Source: Candidatus Buchananbacteria bacterium (lineage in GTDB: Bacteria; Patescibacteriota; Patescibacteriia; 2-01-FULL-39-33). Taken from it: DNA of 64,000 nt. The notes under the pieces are model-generated. The model was not told where the DNA came from. It ran no database searches and saw nothing but the letters and a program-made list of their open reading frames with translations. The stretch covers positions 6,823-70,822 of the forward strand of contig CAISTG010000034.1 of assembly GCA_903888345.1 (NCBI GenBank), in the 5' to 3' direction. Positions 18,695 to 27,827 of the stretch are shown here, piece after piece (the first letter of the stretch is position 1; every line of letters begins with the position of its first letter). A program made the position numbers and the translations under genes.

Positions 18695-19780
18695 TTACTT
18701 TAAAGTAACAGCTACCGTGAGATCTTGCCCGCCACGGTTCACTAACAATTCAACGCGATCATTTGGTTGATAATTACTAACCGCTTCCGCTAAACCGACA
18801 AAGTTATTAAGCTCAATATCATTAACTTTTTTGATAACATCGCCCTTTTTTACTACGCCATACGCCGCAGTATCTTTCAGTGGCTCATAAACAACATAAG
18901 CCCCCTTATCACCAAAAGCAATCAAACCGTCGATTTGCGACAAATCAAGATAGTCAACGCCTAAAGTTGCCCGAGTTATTTGTTGTTTAGAAAGAACTTG
19001 AGTCATAACAGTACTGAAATAATCTGCCGGAATAGCGCTTCCGCCAGAAATAATACCGATAACTTCACCCTTAAAATTAACCAGTAATCCCCCTTCAAAG
19101 TCGTCGGACAACGTTTGAGCTAAATAAATTCGTTTACGTAAATAATCAGAATTTAGCGCTAAATCTTTATTCTGGCGTAAGTCATAACCAATTTTTGCAA
19201 TCGTTGTTAGTGATAATTGATTACGACCAGAAACAACGACCACTGTCTGTCCCAGATGCAAGTCGCTGGACCTGCCAATCTTCGCAACTGATAAGTTGCT
19301 AGCTGCCATATGGCCAAAAATAACACCAGTCGCATTGTCCAATAAAAAATTATCTAAAGCATACTTTTTATTTTGATATCCAACAGCAGAATACTGGCCC
19401 TTGAGATTACTAATCGCTTTCGCAGTCGAGATCACCCAACCATCGGCTGTCAAAACAAAGCCACGACCCAAAACATCACTTTGTGTATAAGCGGATGAAA
19501 GTGGATCGGTCGATTTATTGGTCCGATATACATTAATAACGGTCGGCAATAAATCATTTTCTATTTGCTGGATTTGGGTATCTTGCTCTAAAACCACTGA
19601 GCGCGGCTGCTGAATTACGATGTTACTATCCAAATTTGAGCCAGCATAATTAATGGTCCCAACAAAAGGAATTTTAAAATTTCCCGTGCCAATAATAATA
19701 AAACCCAAGATACCTGAAAGTGCCCCAAAAAAAATCGCCAGAATAATAAAATAAAAGGAGTTGCTAAATTTGATTGCCAT
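18695..19780 (-). CDS. HtrA/DegP-like trypsin-fold protein with C-terminal PDZ domain, catalytic triad apparently degenerate
   Basis: N-terminal TM helix. The region matching the GNSGGPLVN catalytic-Ser motif reads DDFEGGLLVN (Ser to Glu), and the His region reads TADGWVISTAKAI with no His. PDZ domain at KKGDVIKKVNDIELNNFVGL.... Confidence 0.65.
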   Translation of the reverse strand: MAIKFSNSFYFIILAIFFGALSGILGFIIIGTGNFKIPFVGTINYAGSNLDSNIVIQQPRSVVLEQDTQIQQIENDLLPTVINVYRTNKSTDPLSSAYTQSDVLGRGFVLTADGWVISTAKAISNLKGQYSAVGYQNKKYALDNFLLDNATGVIFGHMAASNLSVAKIGRSSDLHLGQTVVVVSGRNQLSLTTIAKIGYDLRQNKDLALNSDYLRKRIYLAQTLSDDFEGGLLVNFKGEVIGIISGGSAIPADYFSTVMTQVLSKQQITRATLGVDYLDLSQIDGLIAFGDKGAYVVYEPLKDTAAYGVVKKGDVIKKVNDIELNNFVGLAEAVSNYQPNDRVELLVNRGGQDLTVAVTLK

Positions 19781-19810
19781 ATAATTGATTAAATTTTTGT
19801 TTAAATTAAA

Positions 19811-20575
19811 TTAGGTCCAGGCAGCGGTCAAAAAAATAGCTAACGCCACTACCGTACACCAAATAATGTAGCGCCACAAAAACCTGCTAGTCAATTGATT
19901 TTTTAAGGCCGCTAAAGTGACAGCTGACAAGAGATAGTAAATTAAGGAAACCACTGCTGCTGCCACATAAAAACTCGTTGGCAAATACATTAATGCTGTT
20001 AAAATTTCTATTAAGATCAGAGCAAGAATTGATGAATATATCCACGCCTCGTCTCGATTAATCTTTTGTCTGGTGAGAGCAAAATTAATGATAATAAGAT
20101 AAGACAAACCCAACATTAACAATATCCCCACTTCCGACCAGTTCAAAAAAATATAAAAACTAATAAGTGAACTAGTTAAGAAAAAAATAATCAAAATATT
20201 AGCATACAAGGAAACGTTCTGCAAATTAATAATATGTGTTCGGTTCGTTTCATAAAATTCATGAAAAACGGCTTCCAAATAAAGCCAAAAAATTAACGAC
20301 CAGGCCACAAGAAAAATATTGATTATTTGAGGATTTTCCAAAACCAGAAAATACGCTAAACCAGCCAAATAATATGTAACCGCAAAAAACATTAGGCCCA
20401 AGATTGGTTTTTGACGATTTTTTAATTTTAGTAAGATAAAATTAGCCACTGTCAGTGCCAAACCTAAAACCAAAAAACCCAGCCAATAATCTGGATAATA
20501 AGCAGTGGCCTTGGCTAAACCAAAGAAAGTTAACGGTATAAAATATGGTAAAAATCTGACCAGTAAAAAAATCAT
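19811..20575 (-). CDS. Polytopic membrane protein (hypothetical)
   Basis: 254 aa with 7-8 TM helices; no recognisable motif. Confidence 0.5.
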   Translation of the reverse strand: MIFLLVRFLPYFIPLTFFGLAKATAYYPDYWLGFLVLGLALTVANFILLKLKNRQKPILGLMFFAVTYYLAGLAYFLVLENPQIINIFLVAWSLIFWLYLEAVFHEFYETNRTHIINLQNVSLYANILIIFFLTSSLISFYIFLNWSEVGILLMLGLSYLIIINFALTRQKINRDEAWIYSSILALILIEILTALMYLPTSFYVAAAVVSLIYYLLSAVTLAALKNQLTSRFLWRYIIWCTVVALAIFLTAAWT

Positions 20576-20579
20576 AGGA

Positions 20580-21035
20580 CTAGTTCTTTTCGAATAATTG
20601 TCTCAAATCGTTGATTTTCTTATCAGCGTTTTTGGGGTTGCCATTGGAGATTAGGTCGGCGATTTCTCCCAACAGTAAAACTTCGGCTAAATGCCGTGCC
20701 TTATACTGCGCTGGTAATGTTAAATTCAATAAACTTGCTTGGGCGGTATGAGACAGGACTGCCAGGTTAGGGTTGGTGGAGCTAGCTACAGCTAAATATT
20801 CGGTAATAATTTGTGATGACTGAGATAAATAGTCTTCATTTAGTCGTTCAACGTCAATTGGCTTTTGTGTGGCCAGAATCGGATTCTTAACAACAAGCTG
20901 ATTAACGTCGGAAATAACAACTAAATAACGCCAGGCGCAATACCAAACTAATCCCAGCAAAACCAAACCGAGGACGCTAATGGCGACAATTCTAAAAATA
21001 ACACTAGTTTTTGAAATCGAGACCATAAGGTTCAA
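20580..21035 (-). CDS. Membrane-anchored hypothetical protein
   Basis: 151 aa; single N-terminal TM helix. Confidence 0.45.
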   Translation of the reverse strand: MNLMVSISKTSVIFRIVAISVLGLVLLGLVWYCAWRYLVVISDVNQLVVKNPILATQKPIDVERLNEDYLSQSSQIITEYLAVASSTNPNLAVLSHTAQASLLNLTLPAQYKARHLAEVLLLGEIADLISNGNPKNADKKINDLRQLFEKN

Positions 21036-21048
21036 TCAGATTAGCTGT

Positions 21049-21408
21049 TTAAATTAAAGTGGTCAAGGCCGCACCCAAAAAGACTAAAGTAAAAATAACG
21101 AATATTGTGGCCGCCGTTGCCAAAAAAGCATAGAGCGCTTCTTGGTATTTTTTTTCAATAAAATAGTAAGCGGGCCAAGCAAAAACCAAAACCCCAGCGA
21201 TTGCCACGCTCAAAACCAACAAAGACAAGAAAGCGATGATACCAAAAATAATTGTCGCGGGATTAGCAGTCGCAAATAATGATTCGGTAGCAACCATAAA
21301 AATGGCGACTAAAACAATGTAAGCAACTTCCATAATACCAGCTATTACTCCCTGGCCCACCGGTGTTGCTAGTTTGTCTCGACCAAAAAATGCTTTGAGT
21401 TTAATCAT
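21049..21408 (-). CDS. Small membrane protein (hypothetical)
   Basis: 119 aa with 3 TM helices. Confidence 0.45.
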   Translation of the reverse strand: MIKLKAFFGRDKLATPVGQGVIAGIMEVAYIVLVAIFMVATESLFATANPATIIFGIIAFLSLLVLSVAIAGVLVFAWPAYYFIEKKYQEALYAFLATAATIFVIFTLVFLGAALTTLI

Positions 21409-21429
21409 ATAGTTTGATTAGTTAGTTGA

Positions 21430-21978
21430 TTATATTTTACCATTATTTAGACTAAACTCACAACCACAATATTTCTGACGATAAAAACCCTGCTCTTTAG
21501 CAAATTCCGTCGCTTTTCTAAAACCGTCATTAACCCTAAAATCATCAGCCAAAAATTTGAGACTATACTTTTGCGCCAAGGCTTGGCCAATGTTTTTAAT
21601 CGCTTGATCATTCTTGTAAGGAGAAATAGACAAGCTGGTAGTAAAATAATCAAACTGGTGCTCGGCGGCATACGTGGCTGCTGCCTTCAAGCGATAATGA
21701 TAACACAACTTACAACGTTTGCCCTGTTCTGGCTCCCCTTCCAAGCCCACGGTTAACTTTTTCCAGTCAGCATAATTTTGGTCAACCAAGATAAATTCTA
21801 CGTTTTGTGCTTTAAAATATTTTTCAGCTTCCTGGGCACGCTTCTGAAATTCGCTCTCCGGCCAAATATTGGGATTATCAAAATAAACCGTGACTTGAAA
21901 ATCCTGAAGCAACCGCTGCGACAGTAAACCACTACAGGGCGCACAGCAGATATGAAATAATAATTTCGGTTTAATCAT
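21430..21978 (-). CDS. queH: Epoxyqueuosine reductase QueH (DUF208 family)
   Basis: 182 aa; N-terminal LLFHICCAPCS and C-terminal YCGCEFS cysteine motifs characteristic of QueH. Confidence 0.65.
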   Translation of the reverse strand: MIKPKLLFHICCAPCSGLLSQRLLQDFQVTVYFDNPNIWPESEFQKRAQEAEKYFKAQNVEFILVDQNYADWKKLTVGLEGEPEQGKRCKLCYHYRLKAAATYAAEHQFDYFTTSLSISPYKNDQAIKNIGQALAQKYSLKFLADDFRVNDGFRKATEFAKEQGFYRQKYCGCEFSLNNGKI

Positions 21979-21981
21979 AAA

Positions 21982-22440
21982 CTACTTGCGGTTGGCAATA
22001 AAACTTTCGGCTTCGGTCAGAATTTCCTTAAGATTTTTGAATTTTAAATATTTACTAGCGACTTTGTAGGGTAGCCAAGCATAACCATTAACTTTCTCGC
22101 CTTCACCCTCATTAACCAATAATTTAACCTGTTGCCCCGCTGGTAGCTCAGCTAAATACAAGACCAAATCTTTTTTGATAAACTCACCGCTTTTGGTCCC
22201 ATGTTTCTCTTTAAACATAAACTGAGTTTGTTGACGCCAGCCATCGATTACTTGCGTACCGCTAATTCCTGTTTCCTCACGTAATTCTCTAACTGCGGTT
22301 TCCGCCTCGGACTCACCAACCTCCATGTGACCCTTGGGCACATTCCAATAATCACCACGAAGATACAACATTAAATATTGAATGCCCTCTTGCGCATCTT
22401 GGCGATACAAGATAACACCAACTGATTTTTCGTATATCAT
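21982..22440 (-). CDS. NUDIX hydrolase
   Basis: Nudix box GHMEVGESEAETAVRELREETGI. Confidence 0.85.
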   Translation of the reverse strand: MIYEKSVGVILYRQDAQEGIQYLMLYLRGDYWNVPKGHMEVGESEAETAVRELREETGISGTQVIDGWRQQTQFMFKEKHGTKSGEFIKKDLVLYLAELPAGQQVKLLVNEGEGEKVNGYAWLPYKVASKYLKFKNLKEILTEAESFIANRK

Positions 22441-22484
22441 AATATTAATATTTACAAATTTGACATGATTAATTAATTTATCAT

Positions 22485-23747
22485 CTAGATTTCTCGGAGA
22501 TACTTACGTCCTTTTATTTTAATTGGCAAATACTCTTGCTGTTCTTGATAATCATGATCGGGGCTATATTTATAATCCTTACCATAACCGAGATTTTTCA
22601 TTAACTTGGTCGGCGCATTACGCAAATGAATTGGCACCGGTTCATCAGCCGTTTCTTTAACATCTTTCATGACTGCATTTATCGCCTCATAAAGCTCATT
22701 TGATTTCTTGCATTTCGCTAAATACACCACGACTTGCGCCAAAATAACGTTGCATTCCGGCATACCGATAAAGTGGCAAGCCTGATATCCGGCGACCGCC
22801 TGTTCCAGTGCCTTAGAGTTAGCTAGCCCGACATCCTCGCTCGCAAAGCGAACTAACCGCCGTGCAATATATAATGGATCTTCGCCACCAGCGAGCATTC
22901 GTCCTAACCAATACAAGGCCGCATCAGCATCACTACCACGCAAAGATTTGTGCAAGGCCGAAATAATATTATAATGCTGATCGCCGGTCTTATCGTATAA
23001 ATGCGCATTTCGCTGCAATGACTCCTTAATTAGCGCTTGAGATAATTTAATTATACCAGATTTCAGTGGTTTCGTCGCTTTGACAGAAATCTCTAACACG
23101 TTCAGCGCCGTCCGCGCATCACCATTAGAGAGTAACGCCAAATAACTAATCGCCTCTTCATCGATTTTAATTTTTAAGTAACCTAAGCCCCGCTCCTTAT
23201 CAGCGACAGCCAACTTGATGATATTAGCAATATCAGCTTCGGCTAATTGTTCTAACACAAAAACGCGCGAGCGTGATAATAACGCGGAGTTAACTTCAAA
23301 GGAAGGATTCTCTGTCGTCGCCCCGATTAAAATTACTGTACCATCCTCAACATGCGGCAATAAAGCGTCTTGTTGCGCTTTATTCCAACGATGAATTTCA
23401 TCAATAAATAAAATAGTGCGGCGTTGCTGGAATTTTAACTGTTCTTTTGCTTCGCTGATTAGTTTTTTTAATTCCGCCACGCCCGAGCTGACCGCCGAAA
23501 AGGAAACAAAAATTGAACCGGTAGCGCCAGCAATAATTCGGGCCAAAGTAGTCTTGCCTGTACCTGGCGGGCCCCAAAAGATCATGGACGGGATTTGATC
23601 ACTTTCAATTAAGCGCTTGAGTAATTTGCCCTCACCTACAATTTGCTCCTGCCCAAAAAACTCGGCTAAATTCCGAGGTCTAATTCGATCCGCCAAAGGC
23701 CCTTCTTTGGCCTGTAACGCCTCCAAATTAGCGTCAAATAAATCCAC
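22485..23747 (-). CDS. rarA: Replication-associated recombination protein A (AAA+ ATPase)
   Basis: Walker A GPPGTGKTT, Walker B ILFIDEIHR, and MgsA C-terminal domain. Confidence 0.9.
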   Translation of the reverse strand: MDLFDANLEALQAKEGPLADRIRPRNLAEFFGQEQIVGEGKLLKRLIESDQIPSMIFWGPPGTGKTTLARIIAGATGSIFVSFSAVSSGVAELKKLISEAKEQLKFQQRRTILFIDEIHRWNKAQQDALLPHVEDGTVILIGATTENPSFEVNSALLSRSRVFVLEQLAEADIANIIKLAVADKERGLGYLKIKIDEEAISYLALLSNGDARTALNVLEISVKATKPLKSGIIKLSQALIKESLQRNAHLYDKTGDQHYNIISALHKSLRGSDADAALYWLGRMLAGGEDPLYIARRLVRFASEDVGLANSKALEQAVAGYQACHFIGMPECNVILAQVVVYLAKCKKSNELYEAINAVMKDVKETADEPVPIHLRNAPTKLMKNLGYGKDYKYSPDHDYQEQQEYLPIKIKGRKYLREI

Positions 23748-23874
23748 GGTAACTGATTATGACTAATACCCTAATCATACTTCAATTCGAGTTTTTAGTA
23801 AAATTATGATAATTTATTTTATCTAAATTTAGATAATTTTAATCTAACTAAAAATGTTACAGTGGATAAGTATC

Positions 23875-23903
23875 TTGACAAAATTTGATATATATGATAT
23901 AAT
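23875..23903 (+). promoter_or_regulatory. Perfect-consensus sigma70 promoter (TTGACA-17-TATAAT)
   Basis: ttgaca aaatttgatatatatga tataat. An upstream DnaA-box-like AGTGGATAA (rc TTATCCACT) ends 5 nt 5' of the -35. Confidence 0.65.
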
Positions 23904-24013
23904 TATAATTATCGAAAGAGTACCTTCCCAAGCACTTCGACCAGACAGTTTCTGGCTAGAAGCAAATCAACTATCACCTGGCAGCAAAAATGCCAGACCA
24001 CAGGGAGAAAGAA

Positions 24014-24511
24014 ATGAAGCAGAACAACGAACTCCGCCATGCCCTGACCATCGTGACCGTCATCATGACTGGTTTGCTGTTTATTGGGAAGTTCTTCCCG
24101 ATCAACCAGCACCCGGAACTCCAATGGCTGCAACACGATATCACGCTGTTTGGCTGGATGCTGAGCCCAATCGTCCTGATGCTGTTCTCGGCCTGGAGCT
24201 TCCAGTTCCTGACCGAGAGCTGGAGCGTGGTTTTGCGATACGGTGCCAAGAGCTTCCAGCTGTCCCCACCTTGGTGGCTTGGCCTGATCGCGGGACTAGT
24301 CATAATTGTGCTGACGCTGGTCAACGCAGCTCAGCTAGCCTTGCGAACAATCAACCTTGATCCGGTATCTCAGCAAACCGGGGGGGTTGTTCCGATTTTG
24401 GCAGTTGATGCCCTACTCATCGTCGGGCTCTCACTTGGTTGGTCGCTGTTTAAGACCAATGCGGAAATTGCCAACTTCCTCCATCCCGAAAACCCGCCCT
24501 TCAATATCTGA
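24014..24511 (+). CDS. GC-rich 4-TM membrane protein of unknown function
   Basis: 165 aa from the ATG with SD GGGAGA; an alternative ATG at 23990 gives 173 aa. About 58% GC versus about 38% in flanking genes. It has its own promoter and terminator. Confidence 0.55.
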   Translation: MKQNNELRHALTIVTVIMTGLLFIGKFFPINQHPELQWLQHDITLFGWMLSPIVLMLFSAWSFQFLTESWSVVLRYGAKSFQLSPPWWLGLIAGLVIIVLTLVNAAQLALRTINLDPVSQQTGGVVPILAVDALLIVGLSLGWSLFKTNAEIANFLHPENPPFNI

Positions 24512-24534
24512 GGGCACCATTCAAAGCACACAAA

Positions 24535-24590
24535 AGCCGTCCCCCACCAATCTTCACAGATTGCCACGGGACGGCTTTTAAAATTTTATT
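24535..24590 (+). terminator. Hairpin terminator (AGCCGTCCC...GGGACGGCT + T-rich)
   Basis: Follows the cassette gene. Reading the other strand, the same hairpin follows the stop of 24593..24964. Confidence 0.5.
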
Positions 24591-24592
24591 GA

Positions 24593-24964
24593 TTACTTTT
24601 TCTCTAAGCGCGTATTAACCAACTTCACCACCTCATCTAATTTCCAGTTAGACTTAATCAGATATTCAAAAACTCCTCGCTCTAATGCTTCGGCCGTTTT
24701 ATCCGCCTCCGATAAGTTAGTTAAAATAATCACGGGCACTTTTTCCCCGAGCGGGTCTTGTCGCAATAGCTTCAACATCGTCAACCCATCCATGATGGGC
24801 ATCACAATATCTAACAGAATTAAATCTGGTAGAAACTTTTTAAAAACTGTTAAACCCTCTTGACCATTTTTGGCTACCTTAACATTAAACCCTCTTTTAA
24901 TAAACTTGGCCGATAGGACGCCCCTTAATGATTTCTCATCTTCTACAATTAAAATTTTTTTCAT
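24593..24964 (-). CDS. Stand-alone response-regulator receiver domain (CheY-like)
   Basis: 123 aa; acidic pocket ILIVEDE, phospho-acceptor region DLILLDIVMP, conserved K near the end. Confidence 0.85.
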   Translation of the reverse strand: MKKILIVEDEKSLRGVLSAKFIKRGFNVKVAKNGQEGLTVFKKFLPDLILLDIVMPIMDGLTMLKLLRQDPLGEKVPVIILTNLSEADKTAEALERGVFEYLIKSNWKLDEVVKLVNTRLEKK

Positions 24965-25023
24965 ATCAATTTAAGTCAAATAATCTTATTACTAATCAAA
25001 TACTACCAAACCTTAAAACGCAA

Positions 25024-25470
25024 CTAGTCCTTAGAGGCGTCATTTTTCCGATTATGCAGCACTCCCTTCAAGTCAGAAATAATCTTCTCTAAACGAAAAT
25101 CTGATTTAGTATAATACTTTTCCACACCCAATCGAAGATAACCAGCAACCTTATCGGGCGAAGCCGTATTAGAAACAACAAAGATTGGAATTTTTTTCCA
25201 CTTTGACCCATCCTCCTTCATCTTAATTACCAAATCCAAACCATTTTCTTTACCTAAGAGATAGTGATCAAGCCAAATCGCATCAATCTTCACCCCTTCA
25301 GTCAAATACTGCAAGGCGGCATTAACTGATCGGGCTGAGACAGTACTAAATCCATTCTTTTCCAATTTTAATTTAATCGCCTCAGCCAAAGGACGCTCAT
25401 CCTCGATAATTAAAATATTATGATTGTTTGTCGCCAATTTAATTGTGGCTGCTGACTGTTTCATATACAA
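25024..25470 (-). CDS. Stand-alone response-regulator receiver domain
   Basis: 148 aa; ILIIEDERPLAE...IDAIWLDHYL receiver pattern with no output domain. Confidence 0.8.
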   Translation of the reverse strand: MYMKQSAATIKLATNNHNILIIEDERPLAEAIKLKLEKNGFSTVSARSVNAALQYLTEGVKIDAIWLDHYLLGKENGLDLVIKMKEDGSKWKKIPIFVVSNTASPDKVAGYLRLGVEKYYTKSDFRLEKIISDLKGVLHNRKNDASKD

Positions 25471-25491
25471 TTTAAAATTAATTAAAGCTAC

Positions 25492-27822
25492 TTATTTCGC
25501 CTTACCTTTAGCTTCCATCCCAGCTAATGGTAACAAAATATAAAATTTACTACCTTTGTTTTCATGCGACTCGAACCAAGCCTTACCCTTAACCTCATCC
25601 ATAATTTCTTTGACGATATATAAACCTAAGCCGGTACCCTCAGTATCCATACTTTTAACATTATCAGCGCGAAATAATTTTTGAAAAATCTTCTCTTGTT
25701 GACACTTAGGAATACCATAACCAGTATCTTCAACTGAAAATAAGATGCCTTTTTTATCCCAAGTCATCGAGAGCTTAATTTTACCTTTCTCGGGCGTATA
25801 CTTAACAGCATTAGATAAGTAATTCTGAAAGATCATACGCATTAATTTTGGATCAACATTAACTTGCGGCAAATCATCGGCATAAGTGGCGGTAAAAGAT
25901 AACTTTTTTTCATTAATACCGACCAATTGCTCCTTGACCACCTCTTCTGAGAGTAACTTCAAATCGGTTGGTTGCGGTTCAATAACAAAAGTTCCCAATT
26001 CTAAACGCGAGACATTCAATAAGGTATTAACTAATTCAACCATGCGTTGATTACCGCGATAAATCTCTTTAATGTAATCCTTTTGTTCAGCCGTCAATTT
26101 TCCCGCATCACCATCTAATAGCATTTCCGCGTACCAGTTAATAGCCGAGAGTGGCGTGCGTAATTGATGTGAGGCCAAAGAAACGAATTCTGTTTTCGCT
26201 TTATCGATTTGTCTTTCCTTGGTGATATCCATACTGATAACGGAAACCCCAATAACCTTACCGGCGGCGTTTTTGATGGGCGAGGCAGAAATCGAAACTT
26301 CAACTAAACTGCCATCTTTCTTTTTTCGAACAGTCGCAAAATGTTCAACTGGGTGCCCTCGACCAATCATCACTGAAATTCCTTCGATCTCGGAATATTT
26401 TTCGGGAGGAACAATAATCTTAATTGATTTACCAATAACTTCTGCGGCAGTATAACCATAAAGATTAACCGCTCCATTATTCCAGCCAGTTATTATACCA
26501 CTAAGATCCTTACTAATAATCGGTTCCTCAGCATCACGAACAATCGCTGCCACCTGCTCAGCCTTAACCTTTTCTTCTTCGACATCTTCTAGAATATTTA
26601 AAATCGCCCCTTTTTGATTAATAGCATCCTGTTGCCTCGCTAGTAACTCTTTCGTCTGCTCCTGCACTTTTTGATCGATCTCAGCCTTAGCTTTTTTAAT
26701 GGCGGTCACCATTAAATTAAATGAATTAGCTAAATCACCAATTTCATCCTTGGCTTTAAAGTCAATCTTAAAGTTAAAGTCACCATTTTTTACCTTATTA
26801 GTAAAATGTGACAAAACACTAAGTGGCTTAGTAATCCTGCCGGCTAATATATTGCCCATCACTAACAGCAGCAGGACAATAATTAGACAAGCCACCACAA
26901 TAAAAATAATTAAATTAAACCGATAGGAAAATATCTCCGAAACATCTGCCTTAGTAATTAAACACCAACCAGTTTCCGGAATATAGGCGTGGGTACCAAC
27001 AACTTGAACGCCACGGTAGTCTGTTGCTTGAAGAATTCGTGAATGCTTTTCAATTTTGGCTAACCCACTATAACCATTGGTTTTAACGTAGGCCATTTCT
27101 GCCGGATCAAAACAATTAATGGAATTTTGTGTCTCAACTTTTTGTTTTAAAATAACTTGACCAACCAAAAATATCGACGGTGTAATAAAAAATCTATCAC
27201 TATTAATTAGAAAATTTTCTTCGGTCTTACCGAGTCCATTTTCGTTAAAAACCATTGCATAAAAATCATTAGAGTAATAACGCAAAACTGACACACCAAG
27301 AAAAGTACCGTCGCTATCGAGGATGGGAGCTGAAATAGCATAAGCAAATCCCTTAACCTGTGTGGAAACATAAATACTCTTAAAATACACTCCACTGGTG
27401 GCGTTAACGAAATAATCATCCCGTGACTTGTCCAGACCAACCTCCGACTCAATGGAGGAGGCGACAATTTTTCCCGTCTTATCTATGACCAAAGTCGAAT
27501 GCAAACCGGGATCAGCCAGTAGGGTTCGAGTCAAACGCTTATCAACTTTATCCTTAATAACTCGGTACTGATTGGAAGTGGTTGGTTCTTTTAAAAAATC
27601 AAGATAAACTGAAGCCGAAGCCAAAATAACGGCAGCTATTTCTTTTTGCTGAATATATGTTCTGATGTGCTCCGCCCTTGCCCGATTACTCGAGATCAGA
27701 TAAGCATTTATATCACCCTTAACCAAATTATTAGCATAAATTTCAAAACCGACACCCACTAAAAGTATGCCAATAACAAAAATAGTAAAAAAACTTAAAT
27801 TGATTTTATTTCTAATTTTCAT
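25492..27822 (-). CDS. Sensor histidine kinase: TM - periplasmic Cache-like domain - TM - HAMP - PAS - HisKA - HATPase_c
   Basis: 776 aa. H-box SLASHQLRTPLSAI; N/G boxes NYLSNAVKYT, DTGYGIP, GTGLGL; PAS region IISKDLSGIITGWN. Confidence 0.85.
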   Translation of the reverse strand: MKIRNKINLSFFTIFVIGILLVGVGFEIYANNLVKGDINAYLISSNRARAEHIRTYIQQKEIAAVILASASVYLDFLKEPTTSNQYRVIKDKVDKRLTRTLLADPGLHSTLVIDKTGKIVASSIESEVGLDKSRDDYFVNATSGVYFKSIYVSTQVKGFAYAISAPILDSDGTFLGVSVLRYYSNDFYAMVFNENGLGKTEENFLINSDRFFITPSIFLVGQVILKQKVETQNSINCFDPAEMAYVKTNGYSGLAKIEKHSRILQATDYRGVQVVGTHAYIPETGWCLITKADVSEIFSYRFNLIIFIVVACLIIVLLLLVMGNILAGRITKPLSVLSHFTNKVKNGDFNFKIDFKAKDEIGDLANSFNLMVTAIKKAKAEIDQKVQEQTKELLARQQDAINQKGAILNILEDVEEEKVKAEQVAAIVRDAEEPIISKDLSGIITGWNNGAVNLYGYTAAEVIGKSIKIIVPPEKYSEIEGISVMIGRGHPVEHFATVRKKKDGSLVEVSISASPIKNAAGKVIGVSVISMDITKERQIDKAKTEFVSLASHQLRTPLSAINWYAEMLLDGDAGKLTAEQKDYIKEIYRGNQRMVELVNTLLNVSRLELGTFVIEPQPTDLKLLSEEVVKEQLVGINEKKLSFTATYADDLPQVNVDPKLMRMIFQNYLSNAVKYTPEKGKIKLSMTWDKKGILFSVEDTGYGIPKCQQEKIFQKLFRADNVKSMDTEGTGLGLYIVKEIMDEVKGKAWFESHENKGSKFYILLPLAGMEAKGKAK

Positions 27823-27827
27823 TTTAT

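Noticed and set aside
23854-24360. 168-aa plus-strand ORF and overlapping minus-strand ORFs (23909..24136, 23974..24324) in the first GC-rich cassette
   Set aside because: High GC opens every frame. This ORF starts upstream of the promoter -35 and is out of frame with the hydrophobic 4-TM protein that has the SD. The antisense ORFs lack signals.
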